Assembly (NCBI GenBank): GCA_009103225.1
Contig: RHPI01001248.1
Location: forward strand, 1-19,002
From: Chlorokybus atmophyticus
Taxonomy: Eukaryota > Plantae > Mesostigma and Chlorokybus algae
Direction of reading: 5' to 3'
Length of the DNA: 19,002 nucleotides
Below the pieces are notes generated by a model. That model ran no database searches, had not been told where the DNA came from, and saw only the letters and a program-made list of their open reading frames with translations. A program made the translations under genes and the position numbers. Below are positions 10,301 through 18,075 of the stretch, piece after piece; position 1 is the stretch's first letter, and each line of letters opens with the position of its first letter.

Positions 10301-11931
10301 AACATCAAGCCGTGTGCTTCACATGGACAACACCGGGACATGTGGTTAGTGGACAGGTGGTGGATGCTGTGGAGGTAATCCACAAGAGTGGACCGCGACG
10401 TATCACTGCATGTTATGTTGGGCGTATGCTTATTTCATGCATGTTGAAGCTGTTGTTGCATTCAGAGCAGTCTTGCACGGTGTGGGCGTGGGCAGTTCCA
10501 TTGCCTGGCCGCTGTAGAGGAGGCAGACCATCGACCGTTTGACAGCGCACTGCATTGGCTGCGGAACGCAGTTAAGTTGGGATGCGAGCAGCTGATCGGT
10601 GTGAGTGTCATGGTGCATTGGCCGCTGGATGGGGAATGGTATGCGGGCGTTGTGGAATCATTCAAGCAAGCGTCAGGTCAGCATCGCTTCGTGGCGTGCG
10701 AGATTGAGGACGCATCATATATGCATGGTGCAATGGAAAATGTCTTTGCAGGGCAGCACCGTATAGGATTCGATGACGGTGATCGACCACAAACCATCAA
10801 CTTCAAAGGGCACAACGTATTCGCGTACACATCAGTTGACGGGGCACGCCATGTTCTGCGCGCCGGAGGGCAAAACGTCAGTCGCAAAGTAAGCCCGGAC
10901 GGCATCATTGTTAGTCCCTGGCTAGCACCACGGCCAGCCTTGACCACATACACGCCATTTGACAACAAGCTGGGACGCACACGCAGACCAAGGGCACTCG
11001 ACCTATTCTGCGGCGGTGGCGGTGCCAGTGTCGGTCTATACCACGCAGGCTTTGACGTGACCGGGATGGACATAAGTCCCTCCTCTGAGTACCCGCTGCC
11101 CTTCATACACCGCGATGTATGCACCTTAAATGCAAGAGAGCTGAGCGAGTACAAGCTCATCTGAGCCAGTCCACCATGCCAGGCCTATTCAGGTGCTATC
11201 CCGGCACCTCAACGGGCGGCACATGGCACATCCTGGAGACACCAGGATATGATACCGCTCGTTCGACGTTTGCTGCTTGCAAGCCAGGTCAAGTTTGTGA
11301 TTGAGAATGTGCCAGGAGCAGCTTCCTCATTCAGACCCAATCTGTCCCTTTGTGGCACGATGTTTGGCCTATCAACTTTCCGACACCGTCTGTTTGAGAC
11401 ACAGCCAGTGGTAGCTACCCCACCAGCACGCTGCTCGCACGCGGGCAAGGCAGTTGGACTGCTATCGCCGCACCTGTCCGCTAGCGCGAAGAAGACAATC
11501 GTGACATCAAACGCGCCACAGCAGATGTACCCGGTCTATGGCCTTCCAAGCACCAGGGGCGGCATTGCTGCGTGGCAAACAGCGCTGGGAGTGCCATGGA
11601 TGACCTCGGCCGTTTCCATAGCGAATGCAGTTCCTCCCGCAATGGCGGAGTGCATAGGGCGTCTCATGCTTGAAACAATGGATATGCGCTGTGACTACCC
11701 TCCTGTGTCATGGAACTATGAGGCTTGAGTGTGGTGCACTGTATTGATGCTTAATGCCACACGGCGGACTGATTGTTGAATGTTGCATGGATCATTCGAT
11801 TGTGGTGACAGTTGTGCAGTGACAGCTGCCCGGTATTGTACACGTCCACATGCAAAAGTCTTAGCATACGATTAGCAATGCCTAACTGACTGATATGCTC
11901 CAAACTGAGAGTAGTGAGACAAGTACATGTG

Positions 11932-14900
11932 TCACGTGGAAGTGCAGTGAACGTTCACCCAATACTTGCCCTCTTGTACACGGGCGCTGTCCTTGTCAAA
12001 CATGGGGAGCAGCTGGACAATGCCTTTTACTTGCTCCAGAGTCACGACATCGAGATGTGGATCGCCTCGACGCTTTTCCCATTCCAGAGCGATGCACTTT
12101 GTGTCGCTCATCACATCCAGCTTTGTGTACCAGCGGACAAACACGACCTCCTTCCACACGCGCTCGCCGCTACCACCCCACACCACCACGCGCAGAAAAA
12201 GGAGTGCCTGAGCCCACCACGTCACGTTCACACCGTCCTCATCACCTTCCAACTCAAGTGTAGAGAACCAAGGCCGCCCATGGAACATCCCAGTTGCGCG
12301 CGCCATGCTGACTCCTGATGTCATGNACGCGCCATGCTGGCTGTTGATGTCATGTACACCGCTGCGCCTCCGTTCACCACGCGAACAGCACGCCACTCGC
12401 CGGCCAACTCCAGTTGTTCCCTCCTCAACCAGCTGTCCAGGGTGGCAGGCAGCTTGTCGGCGAATGGAGTCTTCAAGGCGACTTGGCGGCTACGCGCAGA
12501 TCCGCTCCAGTACGGGCTGGACTCCCTCCTTGTCAGCACATCCATCCGTAGCAACTTGTCCGTCTTCTCCATGACATTACAGCACTGCTGCCGCGCCTGC
12601 GCCATGACCGAGCGCATCTCGGGATCCACGACCATGCCATCCTCTCTCACATATTCCGCACAGCTCCATGCCTTCAGGATACGTGCCTGGTAGTCCCGGT
12701 TGTTGCCACCACGCGCCCACCGTTTGATATTTTGGGCGTGCGTCTGCTCCATGCGGTTGGCGCTGAACCAATCTGGGTGTCCACTGCTGACAATTGCCGG
12801 CCAAAAATGAGTGAGCTGATGCATCTTCTCAATCTTCCACCTGAGTTTTGTGCAGAGTATGACGACAGTAGCGGATGCAACATTGCAGCTTTGAAGGCAG
12901 CCAGCTCGTTGTTGGCTGTGGTCAGGGTCTCTCTTGTGTGTTCATGCGCCTTGAGCAACTTCTTGTTCCACTGGGCAAGCGATGCGGTAGCAATGGTGAA
13001 GAAATCGTCGCCCTCACTGTCGAGCAGCAAACCGTCTGCGAGGACCGGCAGCAGCTGCAGCACCGCCACTTTCTCCACCACCTGAAAGGAGTGGTCGGAC
13101 AAGGAGAAATCTTCTGTGCTTGTGGGTGCCTTGAAGTGCGAAACCCGCAGAGTCGCCTTGCATGCATTCAGCCTGTGCACATCTGCTCGTGAGCACGTGT
13201 TGTTGGCTTTTGTGCTCAGCACAAAAGCAACATCAAAGACGTGCCTGGCCTGCAGAATCTGTCTCGTGGACGGACGCATTCGTTCTTTCGCGGCGTCGTA
13301 CACAGCAGCAAGCAGGTGGTCAATGATGCCTCCCAGCACATGCATTGCGTCAGGGGCAAGACGAGAGTAGCAGTCAGCTCCCGGCACCCGCGACTGTCGC
13401 CAACCCCACANCCCCCACAGTGCATTCTATTGCCAAACCACATTGCCTGGTTTCACGGAAAGCCATTCATCCTCACGAATGCCGATAATTTGACCATTAC
13501 CTCCTCGACATGCATGGAGTGCTGCTCTTTGAAAGCCTTGGCTGTCTGGCGTGCATTCCTAACACCGTTATGCAGGTCTGCCCGCAGCTGGCGTATTGCT
13601 GGTGTGTAGAAGGCCTCGGTTCTCAATTCCCGGTCCTCATCCATCTCCAACAGATCTGATTTGGTGACGAGACAAACATCGCAAGGATGTCGTGTTTGGT
13701 TGCCCGACACAGTGCGTGCGAGTGTGGCAGTCTCCTACAACACGACAAACTCTGATGTTCTACTGACAACATCCTCCATGCACTGTTTGCTGGCAGGCTG
13801 CATCCGGTTTCAACCATTCATGCCCACTACCTGCAAATCGCTGATGTAGTTGGCAAGCGCGGGAAACACACGACGCTCGATGCCATTCGGGTCGATGAGC
13901 TGCAGACCTTCCCAACTCGCCCGCTTCACATCCCCTAACACTACATTCAAAGCGTCATGAAAAATCTCACGTTTCCGAATGGAGAACGATTCCTTGCCCT
14001 GCGCCCAGGTGGGATGCCCGGCCACTGCGTGAACCACCGGCAGAAGCGCTATCATAACAACCCCCATGTTGCTAGCATACATGTCCCAACTGTAGTTGGC
14101 AAGCGATGCCATCAGAGGGTAGCCAGAGCGCTTGCCCGCGCTGTCCAGCGTGGTCTTGTCACTGTACAGAATGGCAGGCGCCAAGTAGGACGCTTCCCCC
14201 ACCTCTCTCCTCAAATCCACCTCCACATCCTTCCACCAATCGCCCGTGGAAGGATGGCCAAAGCTGTGCTCGTCACCAATGTACTGGAGATTGAAGCCAT
14301 TGGCGGCATGTGGATTGCCATACAACCGCGCGAGCCATACCTGCTCCGACCAAGAGCATTACTTACTATGCTGGCCTCAGAATAGATACTGCATCGATAC
14401 TGCATTAGGTACTGCATTTCACAGACCTTGGCCGGCATATATGTGACGCAGATGTCCTGATCCTCAGGGTCTCCAGGCTTGCGAAGGTCAGCCGTCACAT
14501 AGTTCTGATACGGCAGCACACTCGCATGTGCATATGTGACATGGCTCTTATGGTTGAAGCACATGCACCGCACACCGTGAACACACCTCAGACTGAGAGA
14601 AAGCAATCGTAGTCCGGAGGTAGCTGGCCGCATGCACACCGGTCTCCCACTGGAGCTCTTCCGTCAGGAAGTGTGCATTTCGGATGCACTTGGTGATCCG
14701 CCCCATGTCGGAGGCCGACAGGCCTTGGCCGTTGTTGCACCGCACGAATGCCACTGCCAGAGCATGCTCCGAGCCATACCACCTGGATTCCGACGCGTGC
14801 GAAGGGACGCCTCCACTTCCATGTTGGCGTGCCACAGGTTTCTCAGGCACACGCACACATCGAAAGCCCTCGTTCACTTCCTCCTCCTCCTGTTGCTGCT

Positions 14901-15111
14901 ATGCATGTGTCTCCTGGAGGAATCCTTCAGCATCAAGCATGTAAGCATCCTGGATCAAACTCCCCGGTTCAACATGACCCGCATCGTACTGTAATGGACG
15001 CTGGCCAACATACAGCTTGATTTGCTTGCACACCCTGCTGCTAATAATGTGCATGTAGACCGAGCTGCGTGTGGCGAAGCGCATGTGGCAATACGGACAA
15101 AGGACTCCCAT
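11932..15111 (-). pseudogene. Plavaka-type (CMC/EnSpm-related) DDE transposase gene, about 910 aa reconstructed, disrupted
   Basis: Exons 15111-14587, 14504-14427, 14340-13831, 13734-13501 and 13426-11932 join through phase-0 GT-AG introns. Motifs: N-terminal CPYC-x12-H finger, LYGNP, HPSTGDWW, ILYSDKT (D1), YISDLQE (D2), HPCDVC, APDAMH, KMHQLTHF...SANRMEQTH (E), and C-terminal FHGRPW...FVRWY...VKGIVQLLP. Lesions: TAG at 14899-14901, a 1-nt frameshift near 12840, and a 29-nt duplication at the N (12326). Confidence 0.88.
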
Positions 15112-15180
15112 ATCTCACTACTAACGTCGACACAGGTGTCGCCAATGTAACCTGCATCATATCCAGCAACACGCACACCC

Positions 15181-15225
15181 GCCGCCGCCGCCGCCGCCAC
15201 CGCCACCGCCACCGCTACCGCTACC
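15181..15225. repeat. GC-rich simple repeat (GCC)n/(GCCACC)n/(GCTACC)n
   Basis: Read directly; lies upstream of the transposase ATG. Confidence 0.8.
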
Positions 15226-15271
15226 CTTGCATGCCAGAGCCGGGAAACTTGGCCGCCAGTCACTGGCTCCG

Positions 15272-15470
15272 TCGTACCATTATAATGGTACGATCGAGCC
15301 ATTGCACGTCCAGGGTGAGTCTCTGGATATTTTTATATACATATATATTCTGATTGAACCGTTTCAATGGTACGCAGATGCCTTTGCCAAAAGGTATAGG
15401 CATTGTACAAAGGTACCATTGAAATGGTACCTTTATACAATGGCAATGGCAGTTCGTACCATTGACAACT
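15272..15470. repeat. GTACCAT/ATGGTAC palindromic motif cluster (right)
   Basis: Perfect 22-bp palindrome TCGTACCATTATAATGGTACGA at 15272-15293; a 20-2-20 hairpin with one mismatch at 15401-15442; further GTACCATT copies. Confidence 0.85.
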
Positions 15471-16010
15471 CTGGCAATGTCAGTCCCCCTGCGCATGAAA
15501 ACACCATTGATAGCTCCGCCAAGCTATGCCCTTACAGGGGCGTGATGCCGAGGGTATGTGGCGTTTGGAAGATCGTTGGCGGCGCTGCCAGGGGCGTAGT
15601 GGGCATTGTGGTCGAGGTCCGGGATGAATTCCATGTTCGCACAGGGCGGGCAGGGTGCCGGAGGGGTGTCCTCGGTGTCAAACCCCACCAAGACTACCAA
15701 GGGCACATCCAATGACAACAGTGACTCGGGCGATATCTTACAGGGCTCCCCCTCCGAGTGGGCAAAGGCACACCACAATATTGCCTCTAAGAAAATCCGA
15801 CCCACCAGCAGCTGCGACCACGGCGACATGATTGAAGGGACCAAACAAGACTGGCATAACCAAGGTGGGTTACGATGCACTGTCAATGCCACATGCTAGG
15901 GTTCTTTTATCTTGCACATGCACAGCCTCAAGTATCTTGCACTTGACATACATTGTCAATACGACATGCACACCCTCATGCACAACCTCCAGTGTCATGC
16001 ACATGAACAG

Positions 16011-16479
16011 CATGACCAATCTCGCAAATGCACAGCCTATTTCTACTTGCGGGAGCTCACAAGTCGCAAAAGAGAAGCTGCGGAGTCAAACGAACGGGTA
16101 ATCTATGACCTAGTTTAATGTTTCCAGCGGTAATTAAGCAGTATGCTTGCAGATTGCCATGTTGGTCAGAGTGAACCAAGAGCAGCGCGGCAGGCTGACT
16201 GTCTGCCTGGCGGAGTGCAACAAAGCGGAAGACGAGGTAAGCGTGTGTATGCTGATGGGCTAGTCCTCTGGCAGCACGCCACTCTTACAGCATTACCAAA
16301 TGCAGGTGGTCACTCTCAAAGCGACCATCAAGCGCATGCGCGTGCACGGCGAGGCGCTGACATTCAAGCTGAAGGACGAAGTAGCCGCTGTACTGTCAGC
16401 GAGCGAGGCAGCGGATGAAGATGACTCCGGCGTTGAAGCAGAAGACTCGTCGGAGGAGGAACAGGAGGAGGGGGTTTGA
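16011..16479 (+). CDS. 3' exons of a small spliced gene, probable coiled coil plus acidic tail; 5' end unresolved, possibly pseudogenic
   Basis: Exons 16011-16097, 16153-16236 and 16306-16479 join in phase 0 (CGG|gtaatc, GAG|gtaagc) to give HDQSRKCTAYFYLRELTSRKREAAESNER-IAMLVRVNQEQRGRLTVCLAECNKAEDE-VVTLKATIKRMR...DEDDSGVEAEDSSEEEQEEGV*. An upstream donor lies at 15865. Confidence 0.6.
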
Positions 16480-16689
16480 GGAGGAGTTCTGAGGCAGGCA
16501 CCACGGGTTGACAAGCTGCACATGAGTCCGACAGCTAGACTCAATGTTATAGGATAGTTTCATGCGCAAGTCGGCTGCTCAGTTGTAAGTGGACATACTC
16601 TCACCACTGCCCGTACATTGTATGTATTGTGGGCTTTTAGGTGCAAGACCAAACAATCAGTCCAAGGTTTGTACAAGCTTCATGGCATG

Positions 16690-16935
16690 TTACTGTTGGC
16701 TTACGGCAAGAATTGCCAACTTTCGTCAAACGGCAAGGGTCACATATTAACAGCAGTGTAACGGCAAAAAAACTGCCGGCTATTGCTGTCAGCTGTCCGT
16801 AACTACCGGTCCACGGCCGTCTGTGCACTTCGACCAAAGGGTAACTGGTTAACAACTCTCGGCCGGTTAGTGCCACTGACAACCACTTTCGGCCCGCGGC
16901 CGTCTGCGTCAGTCCACTTAAGCCAACGGCAAACC
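16690..16935. repeat. ACGGCAA motif cluster bounded by a short inverted repeat (MITE-like or subterminal-repeat-like)
   Basis: ACGGCAA occurs four times (about 16703, 16730, 16762, 16926). CTGTTGGCTTA near 16694 is a 10/11 inverted match to TAAGCCAACGG near 16918. Confidence 0.55.
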
Positions 16936-17032
16936 CAACAGTCCAAAAGTAATATTTCAGGCAGCAACAGGCAGGCTCAGGCAGGCTCAGGCACCAGTCA
17001 GTCCCTCAGTCTTTAGTCAGTTACCGTGTAAT

Positions 17033-17740
17033 ATTTGCGACGTACGGATGCCGGGAGGCGTCGCGTATGGTCGCACCATGGCCGCCCAACCTCCTCACCA
17101 ACAACCGCTCACAACATCGTACACTGCACGAACAACCCCGCATGAACAACTGCAGCAATAAAGATTGCAACACTTCTTTCTCCAGTGCTCTACCATGCTT
17201 ACCACGCACGGCGCATGATGAACCTGTGTACACATAGCGTTGTTCTGAGGTTGCAGCTGGCGAAAAATGCGCACGCACAAGCGTCTGCAGGACGGAATGC
17301 CTTGCGTAGCTGTAAGGCGAGACATTATGAGATGGGGTATGACAACTTGTTCTCATCTCATATGAAGATTGAAAGTAGCACCACATGATGATGAGTGGTA
17401 ACAGCACTGGCAAGTGGTTCCTATTGCAATTGATTCGTCGGTAGGTTGAAGCTTACGTGACAAGCGAAGCATCTTTGAGCAGGTGGATACTATGGCAGCG
17501 GTGGCCGACTCGTGCTGTGGGATGCTCTAACGGTAATCCCACATGCATCACGCCAATGCGGGCAGCGCTGCGGAGTCGCTCTCGCTGCCTAGTTTTCTAG
17601 CATCCCACAGTCTGGGGCTCTGATCCTTTCTGTTGCTGAGGATGTACCTGCCATCACCCTGCATGCATTCACAAGTGTTGATCAATGCTCGTTCCCAAAG
17701 CTATAATGTGGGGGGCACAACCCCTTACCTTGGATGTTGC
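17033..17740 (-). pseudogene. DCAF11/WDR23/LEC14B-like WD40 gene fragment (C-terminal repeats) with introns
   Basis: Spliced reading gives TSK|GDGRYILSNRKDQSPRLWDARKL...MWDYR*...KDASLVT|YARHSVLQTLVRAHFSPAATSEQRYVYTGS...VYDVVSG...LGGHGATIRDASRHP, matching the DCAF11 signatures I recall (SKGDGRY, WDYRW, TYRGHxVLxTL, VRDxSWHP). Introns 17728-17659 and 17456-17310; stops and frameshifts are present. Confidence 0.82.
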
Positions 17741-18075
17741 ATGCTAATCAGCTTAGACTTGTGAGTTGTTATGAATATGACGGAGTGCAGTAGCTTCTTT
17801 GCTTCACGTTCACAAGTGCCGTTGATTTTACTGGCATGAAGGGTTTGCTTGCTTTGATGGAGGACTCCATGTCACTGGTTGGGAGCAATGCTGGCCTTGA
17901 CAATGAGCAGCATGGCCCATGCTGCGTGGGGTACAGTGAACGCATTAAATTGACACATGACACCGGTCTTTATGTGGGTCGTTTCTCTTCTTAGACAAGC
18001 AATATGTAAGCTTTGCAACACTTATTGCAAAATAAGACACACATTAAATCACACAGAAAGATACGGATAAAACAC

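Larger units (their letters stand above)
6625..10316. mobile_element. Non-autonomous CACTA/EnSpm(CMC)-like element, 3692 bp
   Basis: Begins CACAC and ends GTGTG, flanked by CTT at 6622-6624 and 10317-10319 (3-bp TSD). The first 34 nt match the reverse complement of the last 34 nt at 24 positions without gaps. GGACCATG repeats occur at both ends, and removing the element restores the host reading frame. Confidence 0.75.
6305..11728 (+). pseudogene. Cys-rich finger - Tudor - C5 DNA cytosine methyltransferase gene (about 520 codons reconstructed), interrupted by an insertion and two in-frame TGA
   Basis: Segments are 6305-6624 + 10320-10374, 10466-10676 and 10752-11728. Tudor-like: LIGVSVMVHWPLDGEWYAGVV...HRIGFDDGD. 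MTase motifs: I LDLFCGGGG, IV I*ASPPCQ, VI ENV, VIII LCGTMFGLSTFRHRLFE, X IANAVPP. In-frame TGA at 6350-6352 and 11162-11164. The MTase and Tudor calls are stronger than the join to the Cys-rich exon. Confidence 0.85.

Noticed and set aside
10096-10378. ATG at 10096 as the MTase start
   Set aside because: It lies in the palindromic subterminal repeats of the insertion; the in-frame join to the 6305 exon explains the N-terminus better.
10889-10969. Possible third in-frame intron (AAA|gtaagc...aacaag) in the Tudor-MTase linker
   Set aside because: The frame is open with or without it and the AAG acceptor is weak; it cannot be decided without transcripts.
11162-14901. Non-standard genetic code (TGA=Trp or TAG=Gln, as in some ulvophytes) to explain in-frame stops
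   Set aside because: TGG and CAG/CAA are used normally throughout. TGA and TAA end intact ORFs, the stops are of all three types, and frameshifts co-occur, so mutational decay is simpler.
6042-15600. Outer TIR and TSD for the MTase-transposase element (e.g. CACAG at 6042, TAGTG near 15597, CACTG at 15261)
   Set aside because: No pair gave both an inverted match and a matching TSD.
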